Part shown: one piece after another, positions 9,397 through 19,517 of the stretch | Position numbering within the stretch: the first letter of the stretch is position 1 | Layout of the letters: every line of letters starts with the position of its first letter | Assembly (NCBI GenBank): GCA_040754455.1 | Contig: JBFMCP010000023.1 | Coordinates: forward strand, 1 to 51,990 | DNA: 51,990 nt | Source of the DNA: Nitrospirota bacterium | GTDB lineage: Bacteria > Nitrospirota > Thermodesulfovibrionia > Thermodesulfovibrionales > Dissulfurispiraceae | Reading direction: 5' to 3' | Program-made: the position numbers and the translations under genes | The notes under the pieces: model-generated | Told to the model about the DNA's origin: nothing | What the model saw: only the letters and a program-made list of their open reading frames with translations | The model's database searches: none

Positions 9397-10079
9397 TTCG
9401 CACCCCCGAATATCTCTGCCTCTTTCCGGGAAACCATATCATACAGTTCGTAAGACGAGGCGTGTTTCAGCGCCAGCACTATTTCCTCTTCTTTCAAGAG
9501 GCGCAGCAGCTTCGCCTGAATTCTCAAAAACCGCCGCTCGCTTTTGGGGAAAATAAAGAACAGGGTATCGACTCTCTCATTATCTACTGCCCCGAAAGGG
9601 ATTGGCTTCTCAAGACAGCACAATGCTATGGAAGAGAGGGGAGCAGTAAATTCTTTAAACGGTCGGGGATGGGGAAACGCGATGCCATGCCCGACGGCAG
9701 TAGAGCATATGTGCTCCCGCTTCATAATCGCCTCGAAGAGTCTTTTAGTATCTATCTGCGGGATACGTGTCTTTATCATTTCCAGACACGAAGCAATCGC
9801 CTGCTCTTTCGTCTGTCCGCGTACCTTGTGGTAAACGCCGCCTCTTCTGAGGGGCTCGGCAATGGAGATGGATTCCTCTTTGGCGAGCAAAGGACTGCTT
9901 ATTGCTGTCTCTCGTGAAAATTCCCGCGTATCCTCCATCCACGAGACGATCTCCCTCTTGTCGAAACGCCACTGTCCTCCTACCCTGAAACAGGGAATGG
10001 TTTCATTCTTTATCATTCTATATATCGTTTTCTCGGAAATATTGAGCAGTCCGGCAATATCTTTTACACTCAAATTCAT
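9393..10079 (-). CDS. Excisionase-like (HTH_17) DNA-binding domain fused to PTS EIIA (Ntr/Fru-type) domain
   Basis: LSVKDIAGLLNISEKTIYRM...RVGGQWRF; STAVGHGIAFPHPR phospho-His motif; stop overlaps the hyfB start. Confidence 0.88.
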   Translation of the reverse strand: MNLSVKDIAGLLNISEKTIYRMIKNETIPCFRVGGQWRFDKREIVSWMEDTREFSRETAISSPLLAKEESISIAEPLRRGGVYHKVRGQTKEQAIASCLEMIKTRIPQIDTKRLFEAIMKREHICSTAVGHGIAFPHPRPFKEFTAPLSSIALCCLEKPIPFGAVDNERVDTLFFIFPKSERRFLRIQAKLLRLLKEEEIVLALKHASSYELYDMVSRKEAEIFGGAK

Positions 10080-10080
10080 A

Positions 10081-10120
10081 GCGTGTCCAGTATTGTCCTA
10101 AATTGGGCAACAATGTCGAA
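10081..10120 (-). promoter_or_regulatory. Four direct repeats with 10-bp period, candidate operator
   Basis: gcgTGTCcag tatTGTCcta aatTGGGcaa caaTGTCgaa immediately upstream of the ATG at 10079. Confidence 0.45.
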
Positions 10121-10309
10121 TATTTTCTGCAAAACCATCGTGCTTTGTCAAGTTGAGGTTCCTCAAGCCGTCCGATAAATAAATGATTCTGACCCCATAG
10201 GGCATTTTATAAAGGCGATGTATGAATGCGATCGATAAGCAATAGAACAACGTTTACCCATTATCAGACACAACCGTTAGACGGCATAATAAGGAACCGG
10301 AAATAAGAA

Positions 10310-11197
10310 TTAAGGGACCAGAAGAGTCGGCAACTCAGACATCTCGGCGACCCGGTGGGAGACACTTCCCAGGAAAAGCTCATGCATGCGGTCTTTTCCT
10401 GTTGTTCCCATAATGATCATGCTCGCTTTTACCTCCCGGGAAATGCGGATTATTTCCATAACCGTCTGCCCTGCGGAAAGGTGTACTTCCGTCGTAATGC
10501 CTGCCTGCTCAAGCAGTTCTTGATAACTCTTTAGGCGATCTTCACTTTCCTGTTCGATGCGCAACAACTCATTCCGCTCCAATCCTTTCGTCAATTTGGC
10601 ATCAATGACGTGCGCCACAGCCGCCCTCTTCACCACTCCCTTGAGCGATAACAAGAGATCACGTGCACTTTCCGAAGGCAACGACCAATCGGTAGTAAGG
10701 AGCGGCTTCTCAAATATGCGATCATTCGTGCGGGAGACGATTTCACCGTCCCATTCAAACTGAACCATATATTTATGTACTAACACCGGCACCGGGCTGC
10801 GCCGGAGGATAGCCATGGTATGCGATCCGATAAAAATATTTTCCACTTCCGTCTTCTTCTTTTTTCCTGCGACAATAAGATCGACTTTCTCTCTGGCCGC
10901 GATCGCGAGTATTTTCGGCACCGGTTCTCCGACTTCAATGATAATAGTGCTTGCTATGCCTGCAGATGAAAGGGCATTCTGCCAATCCTCGAAGCGCAGC
11001 CTCGCTTCTTCCCTGAGCCGCTCCTCCTCTTCTTTCAGATAGCCGCCGAAAGGGACAAAAGCGACCGCATCCCTCGGGATAACATAGCAGAGGGTGACTT
11101 CCTTCAGCCCGGCATCTTTCAAAACGAAGAGCGATTCGAGAGAATTAAAGGCAAGTTCTTTGAAGGCCGTCGGGAAAAGTATTTTTTCGATCTTCAT
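10310..11197 (-). CDS. Universal stress protein with tandem Usp domains
   Basis: KILFPT...DLIVAG and MIIMGTTGK...LGSVSHRV...PTLLVP. Confidence 0.9.
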   Translation of the reverse strand: MKIEKILFPTAFKELAFNSLESLFVLKDAGLKEVTLCYVIPRDAVAFVPFGGYLKEEEERLREEARLRFEDWQNALSSAGIASTIIIEVGEPVPKILAIAAREKVDLIVAGKKKKTEVENIFIGSHTMAILRRSPVPVLVHKYMVQFEWDGEIVSRTNDRIFEKPLLTTDWSLPSESARDLLLSLKGVVKRAAVAHVIDAKLTKGLERNELLRIEQESEDRLKSYQELLEQAGITTEVHLSAGQTVMEIIRISREVKASMIIMGTTGKDRMHELFLGSVSHRVAEMSELPTLLVP

Positions 11198-11219
11198 GCA
11201 GTCAGGTTTCTCCAGCCTC

Positions 11220-12587
11220 TTAAAAAAAAATAAAGGTCATCACAAAGAAAATCGGAATCAGAAACGGTACAGAATATTTTATCATATACCCGAAGAAGCT
11301 GGGCATGGGCACTCCTGATTCCTCTGCGATGGAGCGCACCATAAAGTTCGGGGCATTGCCGATGTAGGTCACGGCACCGAAAAAGACCGCCCCTGCGGAG
11401 ATCGCCTCGAGAAAGACCGGATGCTCTTTCAGCAAAGCGACCACTGCCAGGCTTTCGTTAACACCGGGATAGAAACTCCCCGTGGCGGTATTCAAAAAGG
11501 TCAGATACGTGGGTGCGTTATCGAGAAAGCTCGAGAGCATGCCGGTAATCCAGAAATAGTGGAAGGGCTCACGTACCGATCTGACAAGAAATGCAAGCGT
11601 CCCGTGTGGTCCAGCCTGCAGGATTTTCAGGCAGGGGACCATGGTCAGGAAGACACCCGCGAAAAGAATAGCGACCTCTTTGATAGGAAACCAGGTGAAA
11701 TCGTTTCCTTCGCGAACCCTTCGCGGCGTCGTCATGAGGGAGAGCAGTCCCATTACTATCAGGAGCGCATCCCTCACGATGTCCTGAACGTTCCGGTGAA
11801 TCCCCAGAACGGATACCTCGCTCCACTTCACGATACCGCTCATCAGTACCGCCCCCACAATGCCGAGGAGAAACAAGATATTGTGCCCGCCGTCAATGCG
11901 CAGCGGCTCCTTCACCTCCCCAACCATGAGTGCGGCACTGCCTTCTTTCCTGTAAAAGAAGATGTCCATAACAAGATAGATGGCCAATAAAATGGCTGCT
12001 GCAACAGCCATGTGCGGCAGTATCGCAAAGGTCCAGAAAAAGGGAACGCCGCGGAGGAAGCCCAAAAAGAGCGGTGGATCGCCGAGGGGAGTAAGGGAGC
12101 CCCCGATATTGGCAACGAGAAAGATAAAGAATACCACCATGAAGGCCCGGTGCTTGCGGTGTGCATTGGCCCTCAGAAAAGGACGTATGAGAAGCATGGC
12201 GGCGCCAGTGGTTCCCATCCACGAGGCCAGGAGCGTTCCGATTGCCAGCATGCATGTATTGACTAAAGGGGTGCCGCGCACCGTGCCCCTGAGCAGAATA
12301 CCGCCCGATACCGTATAGAGCGCGCCGAGAAGAATAATGAAAGGTATATAATCAGCCAGAAGGATGTGCAGCACCTCATGTAGGGCCGCTCCCTTGAAAA
12401 CTATAAGGAAGGGCAGCACCATGAGCAATACCCAGAAGGCCGAGACCTTTCCGAAATGGTGGTGCCAGAACTTGGGCGCGAGCAGCGGGAAAAGGGCAAT
12501 CGACAGCAGCATGCCCGCAAAGGGGATCGTGCTCCACAGCGGCAGCACCTCGCCCAAATTAATGGTATGTGTATTAATTCCACTCAT
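11220..12587 (-). CDS. IT-superfamily sodium:proton antiporter / putative citrate-transporter-like protein
   Basis: Multi-TM; GTTGAAMLLIRP, ANIGGSLTPLGDPPLFLGFL, SSFLDNAPTY, TYIGNAPNFMV. Confidence 0.85.
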   Translation of the reverse strand: MSGINTHTINLGEVLPLWSTIPFAGMLLSIALFPLLAPKFWHHHFGKVSAFWVLLMVLPFLIVFKGAALHEVLHILLADYIPFIILLGALYTVSGGILLRGTVRGTPLVNTCMLAIGTLLASWMGTTGAAMLLIRPFLRANAHRKHRAFMVVFFIFLVANIGGSLTPLGDPPLFLGFLRGVPFFWTFAILPHMAVAAAILLAIYLVMDIFFYRKEGSAALMVGEVKEPLRIDGGHNILFLLGIVGAVLMSGIVKWSEVSVLGIHRNVQDIVRDALLIVMGLLSLMTTPRRVREGNDFTWFPIKEVAILFAGVFLTMVPCLKILQAGPHGTLAFLVRSVREPFHYFWITGMLSSFLDNAPTYLTFLNTATGSFYPGVNESLAVVALLKEHPVFLEAISAGAVFFGAVTYIGNAPNFMVRSIAEESGVPMPSFFGYMIKYSVPFLIPIFFVMTFIFF

Positions 12588-12634
12588 TGTTGTACCACGC
12601 ACGGCACAGACTCATATACTATACAAAAATCCAA

Positions 12635-12665
12635 TTAAAAAGGCAGTAACGATCTGCCTTTTTAA
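12635..12665 (-). terminator. Intrinsic terminator upstream of the antiporter start
   Basis: ttaaaaaggcag-N7-ctgcctttttaa perfect inverted repeat with T-tract. Confidence 0.7.
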
Positions 12666-12694
12666 CAATGAAAACAGACATTTTCGCAATTTCT

Positions 12695-12740
12695 ACGCAT
12701 CACACCACGGCACAGTGGTCAATCAATGACAACCTATTCG
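12695..12740 (-). ncRNA. Candidate cis-regulatory RNA, possibly Na+-I (DUF1646-motif) riboswitch-like
   Basis: Minus strand aGGTTG-tca-ttgat-tga-ccac-tGTGCC-gtgg: two small stems upstream of a terminator and an antiporter. The match is to a remembered consensus only. Confidence 0.35.
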
Positions 12741-12786
12741 CTATGGTCGGGAATATGTCCTCATAATGCGAAATATCATGCCGGAC

Positions 12787-13230
12787 CTAGCACGAAACGA
12801 CCAGCACCTTGCACGCTGCGTAACCAATGACTCTGGCGGTAACACTTCCCATCAAGAGCCTTTTTAATCCTGTACGCCCGTGGCTGCCCATGATAATCAC
12901 AGTAGCCTGTCGCTTTGCTGCTTCATCAACAATATACTTGTATGGTTCCTCTCCTTGATGAATAATGGTTTCGCACACAATCCCCTCTTGTGTGGCCCTT
13001 GATTTCACGGATTCAAGGTATGCTTTTGCCTCTTTTTCCGCCTTTTCGACAAGCTGAGGGGCAAGGGCCTGATATTCGGGGTTGACCTCGACCACTGATA
13101 GCACATAGAGTGTGCTTGAACAGCCTTTGGCGATTTCAAGAGCCTCCATGGTCGCCGCTTCACTGAACTTTGAACCGTCAGTGGCGAGGAGAATCTTGTT
13201 GAAACCTGGGACGCACCTGTTATCCGCCAT
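12787..13230 (-). CDS. Universal stress protein UspA family
   Basis: KILLATDGS...IIMGSHGRTGLKRLLMGSVTARVI. Confidence 0.92.
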   Translation of the reverse strand: MADNRCVPGFNKILLATDGSKFSEAATMEALEIAKGCSSTLYVLSVVEVNPEYQALAPQLVEKAEKEAKAYLESVKSRATQEGIVCETIIHQGEEPYKYIVDEAAKRQATVIIMGSHGRTGLKRLLMGSVTARVIGYAACKVLVVSC

Positions 13231-13231
13231 A

Positions 13232-13648
13232 TTAATGTCCTCCGGACTTCAGTATTCCTGATGCAGCAAGTACCAGCACCAGCACTTCGAGAATCGCCAG
13301 GATGCCGTAGACACTGTCCTTGTTTTTAAATAATATCGGGATGATCCTCACATAGCAGAAAAGCGTAACGCCGGCAAGAAATGCTATACCGGTGAAGTTG
13401 AGGAAATCTCCTTTGCCGAGCATCCTGAGCCATGCCCAGCCCGGCTGGATGTTGGTCGCCTCAAGATATTTATGTACCGACATCTCCCAGTATTTGGGCA
13501 GATCGTTCACCGGCACATGGGGTGGGAGAATGCCCGACAGATAAACAACAAACGTGACGACGAGCGCCGCAAGGCCGAGCTTCATTCCCAGGTCGAGAAG
13601 TTTTGCATAGGCAAGCTGTTCTTCTGTTGCTTTTAATTTATTTTCCAT
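13232..13648 (-). CDS. DUF1634-like membrane protein (TauE partner)
   Basis: Three TM segments, GDFLNF motif, typical position downstream of TauE. Confidence 0.65.
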   Translation of the reverse strand: MENKLKATEEQLAYAKLLDLGMKLGLAALVVTFVVYLSGILPPHVPVNDLPKYWEMSVHKYLEATNIQPGWAWLRMLGKGDFLNFTGIAFLAGVTLFCYVRIIPILFKNKDSVYGILAILEVLVLVLAASGILKSGGH

Positions 13649-13693
13649 ACCATCTCTCCTTTCATTGGTTTAAACGGTTCAAACCGTCTTTGT

Positions 13694-14662
13694 TTAGTTC
13701 CAGATGCCCAAACCTTTGAGCAGCGCCCTTGACCCGGCAAAGAGGAGCATGGCAATGACAATATAACGAACTGCCGCCGGCTTCGTCTTTGCGAGTATCC
13801 GGACTCCGACTATTGACCCGAGCATAATGCCGATGATCGAGGGGACCACCATCATCGGCAGGACCGCACCGTTGTTCACATAGATCCAGGCAGCCGAAGT
13901 ATCGGTGATAGAGAGCAGAAACTTGCTCGTCGCAACGGATACCTTCAGCGGCGCACCCATCATGAGGTTCAGGACAGGAACATTCGCCCAGCCCGCGCCG
14001 AGGCCGAACATGCCGGCCATAATGCCGATGATGACAAACGTTGCAAGGCCCTGCTTGGTCCTGTGGATCTTCCAGTTGACCGACTGTCCTGTCGAAGCCT
14101 CGTAATAAATACCGTTGATCCTGAGTGCCGTCGAGAGGGCATCAGCCTGCTTTACCTCGGGGTATTCAGACTTCTTTGCCATGAGCATTATAGCTACAAT
14201 GCCGAGAATGGTGGCACCCAATGCGGTCTGAACAACCTTGGTGGGAAGTGCAAGGCCGATCATCGCCCCGACAATCGCGCATGAGGAAGCGATCAGGGCA
14301 ACCGGCAACGCCAGGCGCAGATCCGCCATGCCCTTTTTCAAGAGACCGGGACCGGCTGCGAGGGCGCCGGCGAGGGCGACCAGGAGCCCTGCTCCTCTCA
14401 CAAAATCGAGATGAAAAGGGAAGAATCCCCCGATAATAGGGACGAATAGAACGCCTCCCCCTACTCCGCCGAGTACTGCAACAATACCGAGTAAAAATGT
14501 CACAATAAACAGGATCAGCGGCCAGGCCCACCAGGGCATCGATGACTGCGCTCCAGGGGCAGCAGCTAAGGGCTCGCTTGATGCAAGCACAGAGCCGGCC
14601 ATGAGCAGCACAGATATACAGATTGTTGCTACGAGCACTACTTTTGAATATCGCCTTAGCAT
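13694..14662 (-). CDS. TauE/SafE (TSUP) sulfite-exporter-family membrane protein
   Basis: GGVGGGVLFVP and GMFGLGAGWANVP repeats; SD GAAGGAGG upstream of the ATG at 14662. Confidence 0.88.
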   Translation of the reverse strand: MLRRYSKVVLVATICISVLLMAGSVLASSEPLAAAPGAQSSMPWWAWPLILFIVTFLLGIVAVLGGVGGGVLFVPIIGGFFPFHLDFVRGAGLLVALAGALAAGPGLLKKGMADLRLALPVALIASSCAIVGAMIGLALPTKVVQTALGATILGIVAIMLMAKKSEYPEVKQADALSTALRINGIYYEASTGQSVNWKIHRTKQGLATFVIIGIMAGMFGLGAGWANVPVLNLMMGAPLKVSVATSKFLLSITDTSAAWIYVNNGAVLPMMVVPSIIGIMLGSIVGVRILAKTKPAAVRYIVIAMLLFAGSRALLKGLGIWN

Positions 14663-14693
14663 GGTTTTAATTCTTCCTCCTTCTTTGAATGTA

Positions 14694-15455
14694 TTACCGT
14701 ATTCTTTCAAACTCCGTCTGAAATTTATATTTATCACTCCTCCCCTTAAACCGCGTATAAGCAACCGGCGCCCCGTCGGAACTAAGGAGAAGCCGATGAA
14801 TCACGAGCAGGGGAACGCCTTCAGCAATGTCAAGATGTTGCGCGGCTTCTGCCCCGGCCGGAGAGACTTCCATCGTCTGAATAGCTTTGAAGATTTTTTT
14901 TACTCCCCGCTCCTGAAGCAAGGGGTACAGGGAATTATGCGTAATATCAAGCTTGTCTATTTCAGGCAGCATGTGGTGGGGAATGAACGATTCTTCAAGA
15001 TAAGCCGGTTCTCCACCCACCAGCCTCCTGCACAGGATATAATAAATACCTCTCTCGGTCTGTAAGTAATTCTGCGCCTCCGCGAGTCCTTCCCTCACGC
15101 CCCTGAACAGTACCTCTCTCTCAACCTTCACCTCCTTTCCAAACATGTCTTCGGCAAGCAGTGTTCTCATGGCAAGACCGACCATCGGCATTACCGAGCT
15201 TACAAAAGTCCCCTTGCCCTGAACCTTTGTCAGATAGCCGTCGGAGACGAGGTTGGTTATCGCCTGCCTGACGGTGATTTTGCTTACGTTATATAACTTG
15301 CAGAGCTCTTCTTCGGTGGGTATTTGACAGCCCTTTTCCCACATCCCTGAGGTTATCTCCTCAAGAAATATCCGGGTGAGCTGAATATAGAGCTTTTCCT
15401 GATTAAAGCGGTCGATTGTTTTGTTGTGCAACGGTGGTATTTCATTTTGCATCAT
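14694..15455 (-). CDS. GntR/HutC-family regulator (wHTH plus UTRA)
   Basis: IPTEEELCKLYNVSKITVRQAI...QGKGTFV; UTRA-like C-terminus. Confidence 0.92.
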   Translation of the reverse strand: MMQNEIPPLHNKTIDRFNQEKLYIQLTRIFLEEITSGMWEKGCQIPTEEELCKLYNVSKITVRQAITNLVSDGYLTKVQGKGTFVSSVMPMVGLAMRTLLAEDMFGKEVKVEREVLFRGVREGLAEAQNYLQTERGIYYILCRRLVGGEPAYLEESFIPHHMLPEIDKLDITHNSLYPLLQERGVKKIFKAIQTMEVSPAGAEAAQHLDIAEGVPLLVIHRLLLSSDGAPVAYTRFKGRSDKYKFQTEFERIR

Positions 15456-15458
15456 GTT

Positions 15459-15490
15459 GTCATGATATTATAATGACATGATGATGTCAA
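15459..15490 (-). promoter_or_regulatory. sigma70 promoter of gntR with overlapping palindromic operator
   Basis: TTGACA-N17-TATCAT-N6-ATG; palindromes tgtcat-N9-atgaca and tgacat-N4-atgtca. Confidence 0.65.
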
Positions 15491-15613
15491 GAAAAATCAG
15501 CCATTGCGAGCATTAATAATAATCAGAGTAATATAAAGGTTTTTAAAGGGGACTACCGGAGCTGTATGTTATTTTATTGATTTTTCTTATCATTTAGTAT
15601 ACATTCATGGTGC

Positions 15614-16486
15614 ATGGAAAACAGGCGCTCTGTAGCAACCATTGTTTTTGCAGTGCTATTTTCATTACTGAGTGCCGCTTCTGCTCCTGCTGAAGTGCGG
15701 GAAGGGAGTGTGCAGTATGTAGGCATCGTCCCTTTTTACACCCCGGAAAAAATCTGGCAACTGTATACGCCCTTTGTCGACTATCTCAATAAAACAACCT
15801 CTCTTACCTGGAAGCTAAAGCTTTACAACGACCATAATGCCATTGTAAATGGTCTCTGCAACGGAGAGATTAGCGTAGCTTACCTCGGTCCTGTTCCCTT
15901 TTATAATGCCTATGAAAAGTGCCAGGCAAAGCCGCTTTTGGTATCGCTGGGAAAAGAGAGGAAGCCTTACTACCGGTCGGTGGTCATCACCAACGACCCT
16001 GCCGTCACTTCAATGAAAGACCTTAAGGGCAAACGTATTGCCTTTTACAAGAATTCGACCGCCTCCTATTTTGCCCTCCGGAAGATGCTCGAAGAGGAGG
16101 ACATTGCCCTGGACTCCATACAACCCGTATATGTAAAAAGCCAGGACAGAATCATCGACGCCCTGCTGCGCAATGAGGCAGCGGCAGGTGCGGTAAAGGA
16201 TTCGCTCTATGAGGAATTCAAAAATTTGAATATCAGACGAGTGAAACACTCCCCCCCGCTTCCCCCCTTCACCTTCTGCGCATCCCCCTCGGTCTCCCCG
16301 GAAACAGAGAAGGCATTCAAAGGGGCGCTCCTGCGATTAAAGCCCCTCTCAAAACCCTCCGATAAGCAACGTATGAAAGGCTGGGACCCCGAACTGGAGT
16401 ACGGGTTTGCCCCCACCCCGAAAAAATATCGACATAATGTCTTAAAACTAAAGGCGGCCATCGAAAAATACCGTGATAAGGATTGA
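15614..16486 (+). CDS. PhnD-like (phosphate/phosphite/phosphonate) periplasmic binding protein
   Basis: Signal peptide, AYLGP, YRSVVIT...DLKGKRIAF...STAS. Confidence 0.8.
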   Translation: MENRRSVATIVFAVLFSLLSAASAPAEVREGSVQYVGIVPFYTPEKIWQLYTPFVDYLNKTTSLTWKLKLYNDHNAIVNGLCNGEISVAYLGPVPFYNAYEKCQAKPLLVSLGKERKPYYRSVVITNDPAVTSMKDLKGKRIAFYKNSTASYFALRKMLEEEDIALDSIQPVYVKSQDRIIDALLRNEAAAGAVKDSLYEEFKNLNIRRVKHSPPLPPFTFCASPSVSPETEKAFKGALLRLKPLSKPSDKQRMKGWDPELEYGFAPTPKKYRHNVLKLKAAIEKYRDKD

Positions 16487-19172
16487 TAGAACCAGTGCAG
16501 TATTCAAAATACTTATTCCTATCTTCGCCCTTATCACGCTCATAACGCTCGCGCTCCTCTTGTTCGTCAATACCATCGTTACCAGCATACTCGAGGACTA
16601 CCACCGCTTTGCGGTCTCGATCCACTCGCGGGAAGTGAAAAAGATACTCGATAGAGCGATTACCGAGCTCATCTCTTCAAAGCTCCTTGACGAACCCGTT
16701 GTGGCCGATGCGAAAAAGCATACCGTCATTGAGGAGGTATCTTCCTACTGGAAAGCTAATGACCTTCAGGGAATAATCATCACCACAGAAGGGAAGGCGC
16801 TCCTGACGCTCGCTGATGTTGAAATAGCCGCCCTCATACAGCCCTCTTCGCTCAAAAACGGGGAGTTTCACTTTGATAAAGGGCAGAGGCACATACAGGG
16901 CTATGCCATGGAATTCCCCGTATGGAACTGGAAGATCGTCACGGTGTCTGCCCCCAAAAATTTACTGACCTATAAGAGCGAGGTGAAATTCCTTATTCCT
17001 GTCATAGGAATCGGCTCGATAGTAATGATCATCGCAGTCGCTTTTGTGCTCCATCGCAACTTCAGGCAGCCGGTCAAGAGAATCACCGACGACATACAGA
17101 GCGGGCGTGAGATAAGGACCACAGGGATAACGGAGCTCGATGCGATCGGTGCAGCGACGAACGATGCATTCAGGAGGCTTTTAAAAAAGACCGAGCAATG
17201 CCGGACGTTGCACAGTATCGCCATCTCGCTTCATGAATTCTCATCAACGGACGAGCTCCTCGACCTGATTATCGATAAGGCGAGTCAGCTGATCAGTGCG
17301 GAAGTCGCAGCGATAGCGCTCTTTAATGAAGCGGGCAAGTTCAAAAAAATCATCGCCAGAGGCTCTTCCTTTGGTACCGAACGAAAACTGCCCGAAGGGA
17401 AGGGCGTGCTTGAGTTTACGCGGCTCGCCCTTACGCCGGTCCGTATCAACGACGTCGCCGGACACTATGCCTTCAGCGGCTCCTTTCCTGAAGGGCACCC
17501 CGAGATAAAGAGCCTGCTCTCTCATCCCATTCTCTCCGATGCGGGGAGACCGGTGGGCATTCTCTACTTTGCCAACAAGCCCGAAGGGTTTACCGAAGAG
17601 GATGAAATGCTCCTCAAGGCAATCGCAGCGGATGCCGCCATCGCCCTCAACAAGGCCGAAAGTCTGATGCAGCTGCTGCGGTTCAAGCAGGTGATCGATT
17701 CGGCCTTCGACGTCATTGTCATCACCGATGCCCTCGGCTACATCACCTATGCCAATCCTGCCTTCGAATCGGTAACCGGACATGCGGTGAGCGAGGTAGT
17801 CGGCAAAAGGACCAGCATCCTAAACAGCGGGTTCCATGATGAAGAGTTCTACAAAAAGCTCTGGGAGACGATAAAAGCAGGCAATGTCTGGAGGGGTGAG
17901 TTCATCAACAGGAGAAAGAACGGCGAGGTCTACCATGCCTCGGCGGTCATCTTCCCCATCCAGACCGACGAGGGGATGAACTATGCCTCGATCCAGCGGG
18001 ACATCACCCAGGAAAAAAGGCTCTATGAGCAATTGTTGCGCGCGCAGAAGATGGAAGCCATCGGCACCCTTGCTGGCGGCATCGCCCATGACTTCAACAA
18101 TCTCCTGACCGCCATCCTCGGCTATTCGGAAATCATGCTCTCTTCTTCAAGAGAAGGCGACCCCTTCTATAAGCCGGCATCGGTCATATATAACGCCGCA
18201 GAAAAAGGCGCGGACCTGGCAAAGAAGATCCTCCTGGTGACCCGGAAGGAGAAGCTCGAGACAAAGCCGGTCGATATCAATGCCGTTGTCGAGAACTGCC
18301 TGGAACTGCTCCAGAGGAGCATTCCGAAGAATATCGAGATAATGACCAACCTCTCGAATCCGCTACCCCTGATAAAGGCCGATCCCTCGCAGCTGCAACA
18401 GGTAATCATAAACCTCGCCGTCAACGCGCGGGACGCCATGCCCGAGGGCGGCGTACTCACCCTTGAGACCGCTGTCGTCGGCACCGAAAACGGTGCGGCA
18501 AACACTCTTCCCTCTGAAAAAAATGGTTTTGTAAAGCTGTCGGTTTCAGATACCGGCATCGGCATGGACAAGGATACGCAGCGCAAGATCTTCGATCCCT
18601 TCTTCACTACAAAGGAGACCGGAAAGGGAACAGGGCTCGGGCTCTACATCGTGCATTCGGTCATCAACAACCACGGGGGATATATCAATCTCTACAGCGA
18701 GCCGGGCAAGGGAACGAGGTTCAATATCTACCTGCCGATCACCGGTGCCAGTGAAGATAGGGCAAGCGAGGAGAGCAACGGTATTGAAGATCTCCGCGGC
18801 GACAACACGATCCTCGTTATTGACGACAGCGCCGACATCCGTGACCTCACGCGGGATATGCTGGAACCCCTCGGGTACAAAGTGCTCTCGGCGGAAAGCG
18901 GCAATGACGGCATCACCATCTTCAGACAGATGAGGGACTCGATATCACTGGTCGTCCTCGACATGATCATGCCGAGGATGGGGGGCAGCGAGGTCTTTCA
19001 GGCACTGCGGACCATAGATCCCGGGGTAAAGATAATCCTCTGCTCGGGATACAGCTACAACGGCTTTGCGGGAATCGATACGCTGCTGAAGAACGGCGCC
19101 AAGGCGTTCCTCCAGAAACCCTTTACCCGCCAGGCCATCGCCAGAGCAATCAAGAGCGTCCTCGACGCATAA
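16473..19172 (+). CDS. Hybrid sensor histidine kinase (2 TM, GAF, PAS, HisKA, HATPase, receiver)
   Basis: [12 protein letters not shown]-box, [33 protein letters not shown] receiver. Confidence 0.93.
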   Translation: MIRIDRTSAVFKILIPIFALITLITLALLLFVNTIVTSILEDYHRFAVSIHSREVKKILDRAITELISSKLLDEPVVADAKKHTVIEEVSSYWKANDLQGIIITTEGKALLTLADVEIAALIQPSSLKNGEFHFDKGQRHIQGYAMEFPVWNWKIVTVSAPKNLLTYKSEVKFLIPVIGIGSIVMIIAVAFVLHRNFRQPVKRITDDIQSGREIRTTGITELDAIGAATNDAFRRLLKKTEQCRTLHSIAISLHEFSSTDELLDLIIDKASQLISAEVAAIALFNEAGKFKKIIARGSSFGTERKLPEGKGVLEFTRLALTPVRINDVAGHYAFSGSFPEGHPEIKSLLSHPILSDAGRPVGILYFANKPEGFTEEDEMLLKAIAADAAIALNKAESLMQLLRFKQVIDSAFDVIVITDALGYITYANPAFESVTGHAVSEVVGKRTSILNSGFHDEEFYKKLWETIKAGNVWRGEFINRRKNGEVYHASAVIFPIQTDEGMNYASIQRDITQEKRLYEQLLRAQKMEAIGTLAGGIAHDFNNLLTAILGYSEIMLSSSREGDPFYKPASVIYNAAEKGADLAKKILLVTRKEKLETKPVDINAVVENCLELLQRSIPKNIEIMTNLSNPLPLIKADPSQLQQVIINLAVNARDAMPEGGVLTLETAVVGTENGAANTLPSEKNGFVKLSVSDTGIGMDKDTQRKIFDPFFTTKETGKGTGLGLYIVHSVINNHGGYINLYSEPGKGTRFNIYLPITGASEDRASEESNGIEDLRGDNTILVIDDSADIRDLTRDMLEPLGYKVLSAESGNDGITIFRQMRDSISLVVLDMIMPRMGGSEVFQALRTIDPGVKIILCSGYSYNGFAGIDTLLKNGAKAFLQKPFTRQAIARAIKSVLDA

Positions 19173-19272
19173 TATGATGCTCCGATTTACCGGTTATTGG
19201 ACTCCGTTCCAATTGATTATCCTTCCCCCGTTGGTTATGATACTTGTATATATTCAATGAGGAGGTTCATTT

Positions 19273-19479
19273 ATGGCAGAAACTACGATAAAGATCGAAG
19301 GAATGAGTTGCCAGCACTGCGTCATGAGGACCAAAAAAGCGATCGACGCACTTGCAGGAGTGACACAGGCTGATGTGACCGTCGGGAGCGCTACCGTCAA
19401 ATTCGATGAATCAAAGCTGAAGAAAGAGGATATCGAGGCAGCCATCGAGAAGGCAGGATACAAAGTCGTCCGCTCATAG
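19273..19479 (+). CDS. copZ: Heavy-metal (copper) chaperone, CopZ-like
   Basis: GMSCQHC HMA motif, AGY; SD GGAGG; upstream TTGATT-N17-TATGAT. Confidence 0.88.
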   Translation: MAETTIKIEGMSCQHCVMRTKKAIDALAGVTQADVTVGSATVKFDESKLKKEDIEAAIEKAGYKVVRS

Positions 19480-19517
19480 TTTCATACTGTTCATGGTCAA
19501 AAACGATGAACGGTGAA

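Noticed and set aside
9393..10079. Prophage excisionase for the nearby integrase
   Set aside because: The HTH is fused to a PTS EIIA domain and coupled to hyfB, so it is a host regulator.
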